Assembly: GCA_964350735.1 (NCBI GenBank)
Contig: CAYGKO010000002.1
Span: forward strand, 155,566-219,565
Origin: an uncultured Candidatus Saccharibacteria bacterium
Lineage (GTDB): Bacteria > Patescibacteriota > Minisyncoccia > Phycocordibacterales > UBA918
Direction: 5' to 3'
Length of the DNA stretch: 64,000 bases
Translations under genes and position numbers: made by a program
In this document: positions 37,746 to 47,058 of the stretch, piece by piece
Layout of the letters: every line of letters begins with the position of its first letter
How positions within the stretch are numbered: the first letter of the stretch is position 1
The notes under the pieces: model-generated
Seen by the model: only the letters and a program-made list of their open reading frames with translations
Databases searched by the model: none
Told to the model about the DNA's origin: nothing

Positions 37746-40700
37746 TTATTTATTAAACGTCATCTTTTGATTATTGGTGTCATAGCCAAGCACAAGCTGT
37801 CCTTGTACAGATTTATTTTCAAGATACATTCCTAGATTCATCGAACCGTCTGTTTTTATAAATCCATTATCTGTATCGGCTTTCACATCAGCTAACATAG
37901 CCTGAAGATTAGTGCGCACCGCTTCAGGCAGTTTACTAATCTGCGTATCATTAAGCTCAATACCCTGTGCCGATAAACCAGTTATTTCAATATCGGCTAA
38001 TGCTTTTGTAGTAAGTCCTGATTCCACGCTCATCAGGCTCGCTAGCGCCATATCACGTTCTGTTAAAGCCTTGAATAGCCGCTCGATACTCGCTGCGTCA
38101 GTCACATCGTCTGACAAACGACTTACTAGTTCTCGGCCCGTATCAAATAAATTGGGTATAAACTGAGACAGGTTTTCGTTGTATCCATCACGAACTCGTT
38201 CTGTGATTTCAGCAATACTTACTTCAACAGCCGCTCGATCAGGACCCGCCGCATCAGCCCCAGCTGTTTCATAAGTCGATTCAGTCGTTGCCACCGGTTG
38301 ATTTTCAAGCGCCTCTACCAGAGGTGTTAAATTAATCGCTTCCTGTGGAATAACGTTGATGTTAGTTACATTAGCATTCATCGCCTGCATAGCTTCAGTA
38401 TTAGCTCCCACAGCTGCAATCGCCGCGTCACGCTGAACTTCTGTCACACCTGGCATATTTGATTCAAGATACCTCTGGAAAAGCTTTGTCACATCATCTC
38501 CTGACCTCGCTACGGGAGCAATCTCTGTTGGATTAATAACCGGCGTGACTTCCGTTGATACTGGTGAAGATGCTGCGTTTTCTGCAGCATAGGATAGCTC
38601 TGAAATCTTATTCATGATTGGGCTTAGATCATACGTCTCTCCTTCTTGTACTATGTCAATATTATTCGTACCAAGCGCCTCTGGGTTACTACGGAAGCTT
38701 TCAATCGCCGCTACTCGTATTTCTCGTGAGGTCTCTCCCCAAGCAGGATCGTCTGTTTCAGCTAATTTTTTAAGGATCTGATCTACTGCTTCAGTAATAT
38801 TGCAGTTTTTCGGCATGGTGAAGTTAAATGCTTCAGAGTTTTTACCAACAGTAATTTCAAGTGGCTCTATAACTTCACCTTCGGGGCCAACTGAAGTTAC
38901 GCGCTCAACCGCAGCAGGCGCAGCGGCCGCATCTGGAGAGACCGGCCTTGCCGTTGGTGCCGGAGCTTTGTCTGTTGTCACAGCACTCTGCCCTTCTAGA
39001 CCGACAACTCGCTGAACAGCAGGACCTTCAGTCAAGATATTTTCATAACGATTTCCATCAATAATTGCTGTCACTTTAGTTAATGAACCATCTGGAACAA
39101 ATGTGACTCCGGTGATATTGGTTTCAGGAGCAGCCAACAAGTTCGCATCCACGTTATCAGGGATTAAATCTGGATTGATTCGCAATCCAACACCATACAC
39201 TGATGACACTCTATCCAAACTTCCTCCAATCTGCCCCACCTCTCCTCCTTCGATACCAAACTGTCTAAGTGCCGAGATCGGTCTGTTCTCTGAATATACG
39301 ATCGAATGTGCTTCAGGAGATCCCGTGATTTGAGTAAAGCCAGCGTATGGTGAGTCTATAAGTTCCATTGCCCGCTGCTCCATTCCAGGAGACACACTAA
39401 TCCCCTCAAGCGGATCGACCGCAGTTGCTTCGAGTAGATTAGTGTTTTCAAGCTTTGGTGAAGTAGCCACGCTACTACTACCTGTTAGTTTCTCTAGAGA
39501 AACCGGGTCTTTTGCAGATCCCAAACCGTAGCCTGACCCATCCAAAAGATGTACCTCATACCCGTCAGCAGCAGAGCTCAAATAAACACTGCCAATTTCA
39601 TCAGGCACCACTGATGAAAAATTTGCACTAAGAGACAGGATTCTCTCAAGCTGCTCCGACCGAAGACCCACCAAATCATACAGACCAGGTCCATGCAGAT
39701 ACATCCCGGAAAAATTAAAAGCCCCTGAACTCAGAAGCGGATCACTAAACTTAGTAGTGTCGAATTCTTTCTCAGCTGCAAATGCCAGTATGTTGCGCTG
39801 ACCAATCCTCAGCATTCCCACTGTTTGACCTTCCAAGGTCCCTGACGTTACAGAAATTGGCAAACCTTCAATCACTAGCCCATCTTCTGTTTTGTATAAA
39901 TTCAAACCACCTGACATACCGTCAAGTCTGACATCCAATGATCCGAGATTCTGAAAACCACTTCCGTCCGCTGCAGTTCCATTATCTATCTGACCCTCAC
40001 CAGTAAAGGTTAGGTATGCGAATGTGAGACCCTCCACACCTGACACCTTTGATACTTGCCCGGTAACAGATTGCGGCTGCAGTTCTCCATTTACTAATTT
40101 AAAATCAACAAAATCAACTCCTTGTGCATTTTTCAACGTATCAGAAGCTGTACTCCCCATTAACTCCGCCAACCTTGTCATATCAAGTGTCCGGTCTGTA
40201 GTATATTCATACTCACCAGCACCACCATTACGATTATCAAGCATCACCAGTCCGTTTTCTGACACAGTCACGTTCTCAGCTTCAATACCAAACTGTGCAA
40301 ATAGTTCTTTAGCCGCTTCTGGTGACACACCACCCGACAGCCTGTCTAGCAGCTCAGTTTTACTGATTAGAGACTCAGCGCCGGTTACTTCTATATCCGC
40401 TCCACTACCTGCAACATTCTCGACAGCTCCACCTGCAGGTACTGTCGTGCCCTCACCTAAAATCGCTGCAAGATCAGCTGCGTCCACTGTTCCTGCAGCA
40501 GCTTCAGGTGCTGAGTTTTCTGCTGTCGCCGGGTCAGTTAACTGATCTAATCGAACTTGTTGCGCTGAGGTTTCATCTGTGTAGATCAACATATTCTCAA
40601 CCGATCCGTCTGACTTCACGCTGATACTGGCGATTGAGTAGTCTGATAACGCTTTACCTTCTGGAGTGAGTTTTGTTAGAAGCCCAGAACTTGGATCTAA

Positions 40701-42056
40701 TGTAACTCCGTCAGCTCGCTCAATCATGAAAGCAAATCCATCAGGATTTTCAGAAACTGTCATATTCACCTTTGCGTCCGCGTGTAAATCAATCTGCAAA
40801 TCAGGAATCAAACTTGTAATAGTCTGGGCACTTACATTTTCTGCTGCCAAAAAATTAATTGAATCAGCGCCACCTTCTGCAAACACTTGCAAATCAGCTT
40901 CACCAAACAGTGGCTGGAGCTCGCGAGTGATACCATCTAAATCTCTGGGATTAATCTCTTGTGCGAACAGTTCAGTAAGCTGTTGACGTGGAGTTTGTAC
41001 TTCAGCTTCGGGCACGGCTTCTCCTGCTGCAGTTGATTCAGCTTCAGCCTCTGATGCCGTGCCTAAGATAGCAGTCAGATCTGCAGCACTTACCACACCA
41101 GCAGGTGTAGTTTCAGATCCTGCTAGCGACTCTTGGGCTGCGGCTGACGGTGCCACAAAATCTACGACCCCAGACCACGTTGCGGAAGCTGTTTCTTTTC
41201 CTGCATCAAGTAGTGCTTGGCGTCCGGCTCCATCAAACGCCACTGAGTCAGTCATGAACGCTGTACCGATAGCATACCCAAGCCCTTTAGTCATGGCTTG
41301 AATATCACCAGAACGAACCGCTTTTGCCCAACCTTGCAGCCCTTGCACAAAGACAGTATTAGCATTCACTTTAATCTGTTCAGCTTTTTCACGAGCATGC
41401 TGCGCGTGCCGCTCGGCCAGCACTTGATTGACTCGCTTCAGTGTATCGACCGCTGCCCGGGCAACCGTAGCCGCTCCAGCACCAAGTCCTCCAGTAGCCA
41501 AACCAAGCGCTAAGATAATTGGGGTGGTGGCTTTCTCGGCAACATTGAGTCGTTGGTTCCAGTCCTCATTGCTAATTGATTTTTGAATCCCTTCTCGAGC
41601 GCCAGCATGACGAGTACGGTTGGCCCACAGAATCTGTGCCAAAACTTTACGCTGTTCAGCGGCTTCTGCTTTTGGTAGCTGATCAATCACGCTCCGAAGT
41701 TCTGAGAGCGTCTGTAACATCTCAATACGCTCACTACTGTCAACTCGTGCTGCTTCATCTTCTCCCCAGACACCCTTTTCTGTACGCAACTTTTTTGCTA
41801 CCTGTAGCATCTTTGCCCGACGTTCGACTAGATTAAACGCCAGTTGCTCGTGCTCCTGCATGAAACTACTCATTTCTTTAGCTTCTCCACGTGCTTTCCA
41901 AGCCGCTACTCCAGTGGCATTTTCAATAAGTGCGCGACCAAGCTTTGCACCACCTTCCATGACGCGTTTTCGGTCGAGCGCCAAAAGTCGCTGCAGCCAT
42001 GATGACTTACCTACTGTTTCTGCTGCCGATGATGACATTGTTCCTTCAAGAGCCAT
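37746..42056 (-). CDS. Giant lineage-specific protein (1436 aa) with one N-proximal hydrophobic segment. Probably a surface or secreted component of the T4SS-like locus.
   Basis: Uninterrupted 4.3-kb ORF, translationally coupled to its neighbours. Hydrophobic stretch TTPIILALGLATGGLGAGAATVARAA. The remainder is A/T/S/G/E-rich with beta-rich segments. Confidence 0.5.
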   Translation of the reverse strand: MALEGTMSSSAAETVGKSSWLQRLLALDRKRVMEGGAKLGRALIENATGVAAWKARGEAKEMSSFMQEHEQLAFNLVERRAKMLQVAKKLRTEKGVWGEDEAARVDSSERIEMLQTLSELRSVIDQLPKAEAAEQRKVLAQILWANRTRHAGAREGIQKSISNEDWNQRLNVAEKATTPIILALGLATGGLGAGAATVARAAVDTLKRVNQVLAERHAQHAREKAEQIKVNANTVFVQGLQGWAKAVRSGDIQAMTKGLGYAIGTAFMTDSVAFDGAGRQALLDAGKETASATWSGVVDFVAPSAAAQESLAGSETTPAGVVSAADLTAILGTASEAEAESTAAGEAVPEAEVQTPRQQLTELFAQEINPRDLDGITRELQPLFGEADLQVFAEGGADSINFLAAENVSAQTITSLIPDLQIDLHADAKVNMTVSENPDGFAFMIERADGVTLDPSSGLLTKLTPEGKALSDYSIASISVKSDGSVENMLIYTDETSAQQVRLDQLTDPATAENSAPEAAAGTVDAADLAAILGEGTTVPAGGAVENVAGSGADIEVTGAESLISKTELLDRLSGGVSPEAAKELFAQFGIEAENVTVSENGLVMLDNRNGGAGEYEYTTDRTLDMTRLAELMGSTASDTLKNAQGVDFVDFKLVNGELQPQSVTGQVSKVSGVEGLTFAYLTFTGEGQIDNGTAADGSGFQNLGSLDVRLDGMSGGLNLYKTEDGLVIEGLPISVTSGTLEGQTVGMLRIGQRNILAFAAEKEFDTTKFSDPLLSSGAFNFSGMYLHGPGLYDLVGLRSEQLERILSLSANFSSVVPDEIGSVYLSSAADGYEVHLLDGSGYGLGSAKDPVSLEKLTGSSSVATSPKLENTNLLEATAVDPLEGISVSPGMEQRAMELIDSPYAGFTQITGSPEAHSIVYSENRPISALRQFGIEGGEVGQIGGSLDRVSSVYGVGLRINPDLIPDNVDANLLAAPETNITGVTFVPDGSLTKVTAIIDGNRYENILTEGPAVQRVVGLEGQSAVTTDKAPAPTARPVSPDAAAAPAAVERVTSVGPEGEVIEPLEITVGKNSEAFNFTMPKNCNITEAVDQILKKLAETDDPAWGETSREIRVAAIESFRSNPEALGTNNIDIVQEGETYDLSPIMNKISELSYAAENAASSPVSTEVTPVINPTEIAPVARSGDDVTKLFQRYLESNMPGVTEVQRDAAIAAVGANTEAMQAMNANVTNINVIPQEAINLTPLVEALENQPVATTESTYETAGADAAGPDRAAVEVSIAEITERVRDGYNENLSQFIPNLFDTGRELVSRLSDDVTDAASIERLFKALTERDMALASLMSVESGLTTKALADIEITGLSAQGIELNDTQISKLPEAVRTNLQAMLADVKADTDNGFIKTDGSMNLGMYLENKSVQGQLVLGYDTNNQKMTFNK

Positions 42057-42058
42057 AG

Positions 42059-42352
42059 CTATGTAGTTGGTTGTTTAAGATCTGCTAATAACGCATTCAG
42101 TTCAGCTGTAGTCATTGCATCAATATCTGCGGCCTCTGCTTGGTATTCAGGAATTGATTCCGCAGCCTTTTGTTCAAGCACAGCCCGATATACAAGATCT
42201 ACCATTTCCGCCAAATGCTCTGGCTCCATTGTTTTGGCAAGTTCTACAAACACATCTTTAATATACGGTGGCACATCAAGCTCATCCAAAAGCCAGCCAA
42301 ACACTCGTCCTAGTGCCTCTAAATCTTGTACCGCTTGAGGATCAGAATTCAT
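42059..42352 (-). CDS. Small acidic helical protein (97 aa) between the 922-aa and 1436-aa genes. Chaperone-like.
   Basis: 97 aa, D/E-rich, no TM. 3-nt and 7-nt gaps to its neighbours indicate translational coupling. Confidence 0.35.
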   Translation of the reverse strand: MNSDPQAVQDLEALGRVFGWLLDELDVPPYIKDVFVELAKTMEPEHLAEMVDLVYRAVLEQKAAESIPEYQAEAADIDAMTTAELNALLADLKQPTT

Positions 42353-42358
42353 AAGATG

Positions 42359-45127
42359 TTATTTCTTTAAGCCATTAATGTACTCTTGTAAATCAGGCAC
42401 AGCCTCAGCAAAGCCATTGATAGCAGAAAGTGCGTCATACACTTGTTGGGCCTTTTCTGGACCAGAATCGCCCAACAAAGCTTTGATGAGATTCTGCTCA
42501 AGCTCTGGTGTGAGACCAGTAACATTTTCTGGTGTAATAAATTGATTCAGTCGGTCAGGAATATCGTTTTTGATCAGTTCACCAACATTTGGAGCCTCGC
42601 CAAGTGACACTTCCACTGGCGCAGAAGCTGTGTTTGCTGGAATGTCAGGAGCAGTATTTATGGGTGGAGAAGTCACACTTGCTTCATCAACTGCAGCGAT
42701 ATTGAAAGATTGTTCTCCGTCAAGCTGTTTAATCTCAGGCTCTGGAGCATCAGCGATCTCAGGCAATGGCGCGGGTGCCTCAGTAACTGGCCGCGGTTCA
42801 GGAGCAGGAGCCTGACTCGGAGCTGCTTCAGCAACCACCTTTGATACCTCCTCTACAACTTCAGGATCCGTTTCTCCCACCCAACCTACAAATAAATCTT
42901 TGGCAGACTCTAACGCACTTCGACCAAATACTGCTCCCGCTGCTGCCCCAGCTGCGGCTCCTGCTCCGGTAACAATTGCATTCGTAGCCAGAAATCCCCA
43001 AGAGTTGGGTTCATTAATTTTTTTCATCAACCGGAGCTCAGCTGTATCAGCAGCTTTATCTAACTTATCTTGAGCCAATAACGCTGGATTTTTTTGCCAC
43101 TGCTGTGTCCAGTGCGGCCTGAACTGATCTTCCATTCTGGCCCGTAAAGTATTTTGGTACCTTCGCCGACCAAATATCCGTCGAAACCTTAGTAGAAGTA
43201 CTGCAGCAAACGCACTACCCTCCGTCGCTCCCTGTGCTACTTCAGCTTCCATCCCTGCTATTCCATCAGCCCCATATTCGCGAGTAATAAATGGCGCTGC
43301 AACAGCACCCATCGCAACCGCAATTCCAGCCGCTCGGCTCAATGACATATACGTTCTCTTTTCATCTGCTTCTTTACCCCTGCCCCACAGTAAGAGGCTT
43401 CCAAAACGATTGTTATCAATACTATTTGCTTTTATTTGAGCCCTTTTTTCATAGTCTTGCACCACTGTAAAACCAACCAGGTTCGCACGTAGATTCTCTC
43501 GCAACACTTTCTTGTTTTTACCACCCCACAATTTTACACCTTTAGTTTTCTTTACTTCATCAATAAACGGAACGACTGTTTCTAATGTGTTTTTAATATA
43601 GGCATACCGCGCAGCTTTATACGCTGTGTATTCAGTCTCTTCTGCTTCATTTAAATCTCTACCTGCTTTGCACACATCTGACCAAGTAGTGAGCATGTCA
43701 TTTCGTTTTAAAAGGTACTCATCTTTAAACTTTTGCACTTCGGCTTCAATTTGCGGAACTCGATCTAACAAATCCCGTACAGCTGGCATGGATTCATCCT
43801 TGAACTGATTTTTAACCATTTGTTTAAGATCAAATTCGGCTGGCAGCGACGGGCCTTCGGCCAATCCTTCAGCGTTTTCAACCACAGTAGGAGTCGAGAC
43901 TGACGCTGGTTCAGACCTTTCTTCACCCCCACTATCTACACCATCACCTTCAAACGTCGGAGTTACTGTAGGTCCTAGATCCAAATCATCCGCGGCAACG
44001 GGAAGTACTGGCTCAGTTTGCCCCTGACTTGTCTCAGCAGCACCATCAATTTTGTCGAGCATACTTTTGCCATGCTCGATATTCTCATCAGTACGTGTAA
44101 GCAAACTAGCAAAGTCAGTGAGGAAAATAAGCAGTTCTTCGGTTTCATCAGAAGACAAAGCCTCAATTCCTGCAGCCACTTCTGTTCGCTTGAGGGCAGT
44201 ATAGTCTGATTCAAACCCACGTAATATTTCATACAGCTTACGTTTAGTTTCTCCTTCTTCCAGATCTTCATATGAGGACGTAAGCGAATCATACACACTA
44301 TCTATCACCCTTAATCTGTTAGCTACAATCTCACGAAGTTCTTCGCGGGTAGTTTGTATGTTAGATTCAGGCGTATGCAGTTTGGTCAGCAGAGCTATAG
44401 AGAGCATTGATGATCCTATTTCTTCTAACTCTCTGTCTTGTGAAACACCCTCTCCACCACTCTGTTTCTCTTCAAGTAACTCAGCCAAATCTTGAGTTAA
44501 CATACCCAATTCTTGACTACTACCAATAGTAGTCTGAATATCTGGTCGCTGTAGTGCTGATTTTAATTCATTATAAAATTTTTGAAGATCTTCTGCAGAA
44601 ATATGTGGACCAGCTGCTGTCTCAGTTACTGGTGGGGGCTCCACCCCCCACAACGTATCAAGCCCAAAGTATTCCAGTTCTTCAATTTCTACACCTTCAG
44701 ATTCTACACTAGCAGCTGCATCTTGTGGGGAATTTGTAAATTCAGGATCACTGACAGTTACCGCTTGTTGACGTCGGCCAGCCCCTGGTTTTGGTGCTGA
44801 CTTTACTGCTTTTGGCATCAAAATAGCAGCTGGAGCTGGCTCTTCATCAACAGCTTCGTCCGCATTACCATGCTCAAAAAATTGCTTAATTCGAGTAAGC
44901 TGGTCTAAGGTACAAACTGCTTCCGCGAGAAGATCCGGCGGAAACGCCTCCATTAATTTACTAGCCGCTTCTGAACTAACCGCAAACTGCATAATCGCAG
45001 TTTTAATTGCATTAGTATGTTCCCTACTTTCTTCAGGACTATTCAAAAGACTCTGCAGATCATCTGGCAAGGATATTTTTTCAGCTTCTCGATTATGTAT
45101 TACTTCATTCATACTGTTTTTGTTCAC
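42359..45127 (-). CDS. Large lineage-specific protein (922 aa) with two hydrophobic, Gly/Ala-rich membrane-like segments and a Pro-rich C-terminal region.
   Basis: Hydrophobic segments AAGIAVAMGAVAAPFI and GFLATNAIVTGAGAAAGAAAGAVFG. PAPEPRPVTEAPAPLPE linker. ATGA overlap with the upstream 640-aa gene. Confidence 0.45.
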   Translation of the reverse strand: MNKNSMNEVIHNREAEKISLPDDLQSLLNSPEESREHTNAIKTAIMQFAVSSEAASKLMEAFPPDLLAEAVCTLDQLTRIKQFFEHGNADEAVDEEPAPAAILMPKAVKSAPKPGAGRRQQAVTVSDPEFTNSPQDAAASVESEGVEIEELEYFGLDTLWGVEPPPVTETAAGPHISAEDLQKFYNELKSALQRPDIQTTIGSSQELGMLTQDLAELLEEKQSGGEGVSQDRELEEIGSSMLSIALLTKLHTPESNIQTTREELREIVANRLRVIDSVYDSLTSSYEDLEEGETKRKLYEILRGFESDYTALKRTEVAAGIEALSSDETEELLIFLTDFASLLTRTDENIEHGKSMLDKIDGAAETSQGQTEPVLPVAADDLDLGPTVTPTFEGDGVDSGGEERSEPASVSTPTVVENAEGLAEGPSLPAEFDLKQMVKNQFKDESMPAVRDLLDRVPQIEAEVQKFKDEYLLKRNDMLTTWSDVCKAGRDLNEAEETEYTAYKAARYAYIKNTLETVVPFIDEVKKTKGVKLWGGKNKKVLRENLRANLVGFTVVQDYEKRAQIKANSIDNNRFGSLLLWGRGKEADEKRTYMSLSRAAGIAVAMGAVAAPFITREYGADGIAGMEAEVAQGATEGSAFAAVLLLRFRRIFGRRRYQNTLRARMEDQFRPHWTQQWQKNPALLAQDKLDKAADTAELRLMKKINEPNSWGFLATNAIVTGAGAAAGAAAGAVFGRSALESAKDLFVGWVGETDPEVVEEVSKVVAEAAPSQAPAPEPRPVTEAPAPLPEIADAPEPEIKQLDGEQSFNIAAVDEASVTSPPINTAPDIPANTASAPVEVSLGEAPNVGELIKNDIPDRLNQFITPENVTGLTPELEQNLIKALLGDSGPEKAQQVYDALSAINGFAEAVPDLQEYINGLKK

Positions 45128-47046
45128 TCACTTAAATCAACATCCTGTTCACGGAAAGCTGTAATAGCATCGTTCAGATCTTTAAATGCTGCGGTCATTG
45201 CAGTAAATACCTGCTGGGCTGTCTCGAGCTCAACATCAGCATTTCCTTTCATTAATCCTTCAAAAGTTTTTTTAGCAGTCTCTAGTGCACTGAATGCGTT
45301 AAAATACGGATCGAATGTTTGTAGCTCATTGTCTTTACCCTTCAAATCACCGAGCGCTGCATCGTGTGCTTCCTGCAACTGCGCCAGATAGTATGTAGCA
45401 GTTTCTACTCGCGTATCCTGGTCGGTTAGATCTGGACAAGCAAACTGGGGCGTTTCTGATTCAATTTCTGTTCGATCAATAGCTGCCAAATGGTCCATTG
45501 GATCAGGCGGTAAGTCTCCAGAAACGGCCATATTTTCTAAAGTCGCACGCAGCTTCAAGAAACGTTGCGCAGACCCGAGCGCTTCTTGTCGCACTTGACC
45601 ACGTCCATTGCGTAGCTCTTGCAAGCGCTTATCACTACGCTTCATACCTTTAGCAATTTCTGCCTGAATTTGCTCTTCTTGTGCTCGTAATTTAGTTATC
45701 ACTTGCATTAGCGCCGGCGCGTAGGAACGTCTAATAATTTCTTCTGAAAGACCTATATGCTTGAGTACAGCAACCATATCAGCGTAGGCGTGAATATCAT
45801 CCTTAACCCCTGCCTCGTCTCTAAAGAAACCTTTACCAGAATCAAACTGCGACTCGAGTTCTGCCAATTTTTCTGGTGAATAATTACCCGTCAAATTCTC
45901 ATAAAAGGCACGGTATTCTGCCCCTGAAGACACACCAAAGCGTGGACGTAAGCGTAAATGAGGTATATCAACCAAATCAGAATTTATTTCACCAGTTGAA
46001 ATAGTGTGGATATACTGATCCGCCTTTCCGCGCACAATGATGTCGCGCATAACCTCGGTTAGTCGATCGAGGGCGGTTTTCAGTGCTACATTTCTTTCTT
46101 CTACCTGACGACGATCCCACTTTTTTCCTGTATGTAGTCGCTTAGCTTCTCGCAGCTCATTAGTGACTTGTCTAATAACTCGTTCGAATATTTGCTGTTT
46201 TCCCAGGCGATATGCTTGAGCGTTCAGATCTTCTGGATCGATCGGGAATGTTTTTTCGTACAAACGATTACACGCATCTTTAATTGCATCAGGGTCAGGC
46301 AATCGCCCTGATACATGAAAAGGATCAGGAACTTGCTCGTCATTAAGTAAATTAGCCTCGAAGTGATCGAGCGACCCTTCTTGATAGTTTTTATTCGCAT
46401 CAAGGTGTTCTGGCAACCCAGCATATTCTCCTTCTGGAATAGTGAAGAGATTTAAGCGTGAGTTTGGCCACTGTTTAGTATCTAGCAGGCGCTCATCAAT
46501 ACCATACACACTGGGATTAGTAATAATCTCCCGCATGCGTTCAACTAAAGTATCCTGTGCCGCTTTTATGTCAGTTTGTAGTGCGCGCTTCTCCGCTCTA
46601 TCTTTCACCTCCTTCGCTGTGCTGACCCCTTCTTTTATTTCATCAAAATATGGATCAAGGAAATACTGCACCAAATGATTTCGGACACTGGCCACCGCAA
46701 TACCTAAATCATCTTTGAGCAACTCCCGGAAAAATTTCGTTGCTGTCCCTCGGCCAAGAAACGCCCCCAGTTCATCACGCAGTGGATGTTGGTCTTTCTG
46801 ATTTAAAAACAACCCTTCATTGGCCAACAGTCGTCGCCTAAACTCGGTTCGTTTTGCAGTTTCTGACAGGCTTTTTTCGACATTGTCCTCAGGTGAGTCT
46901 GAAGCACCTCCTACACCAACCTCACCTTTTTGAACCTCAGGATCTTCAGGACGATCAGCAGTCCCAGTCCCTGACTCAATAACTTCAGGGTCTTTAGCTA
47001 CTGGAATAATTTGCGGCCCTGGTTCGTTTCCCCATTTCAATTTCAT
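45124..47046 (-). CDS. Hypothetical soluble alpha-helical protein (640 aa) immediately downstream of the VirB4-like ATPase.
   Basis: No TM and no HuH or P-loop motifs. Highly charged. 13-nt gap to the ATPase gene. Confidence 0.45.
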   Translation of the reverse strand: MKLKWGNEPGPQIIPVAKDPEVIESGTGTADRPEDPEVQKGEVGVGGASDSPEDNVEKSLSETAKRTEFRRRLLANEGLFLNQKDQHPLRDELGAFLGRGTATKFFRELLKDDLGIAVASVRNHLVQYFLDPYFDEIKEGVSTAKEVKDRAEKRALQTDIKAAQDTLVERMREIITNPSVYGIDERLLDTKQWPNSRLNLFTIPEGEYAGLPEHLDANKNYQEGSLDHFEANLLNDEQVPDPFHVSGRLPDPDAIKDACNRLYEKTFPIDPEDLNAQAYRLGKQQIFERVIRQVTNELREAKRLHTGKKWDRRQVEERNVALKTALDRLTEVMRDIIVRGKADQYIHTISTGEINSDLVDIPHLRLRPRFGVSSGAEYRAFYENLTGNYSPEKLAELESQFDSGKGFFRDEAGVKDDIHAYADMVAVLKHIGLSEEIIRRSYAPALMQVITKLRAQEEQIQAEIAKGMKRSDKRLQELRNGRGQVRQEALGSAQRFLKLRATLENMAVSGDLPPDPMDHLAAIDRTEIESETPQFACPDLTDQDTRVETATYYLAQLQEAHDAALGDLKGKDNELQTFDPYFNAFSALETAKKTFEGLMKGNADVELETAQQVFTAMTAAFKDLNDAITAFREQDVDLSE

Positions 47047-47058
47047 AATTAATTTTAA

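Noticed and set aside
37912-41836. Multiple plus-strand ORFs of 70-170 aa inside the 1436-aa gene
   Set aside because: They are antisense to a continuous 4.3-kb ORF with coupled neighbours. Their S/P/A-rich translations are typical of the reverse strand of a GC-skewed coding region.
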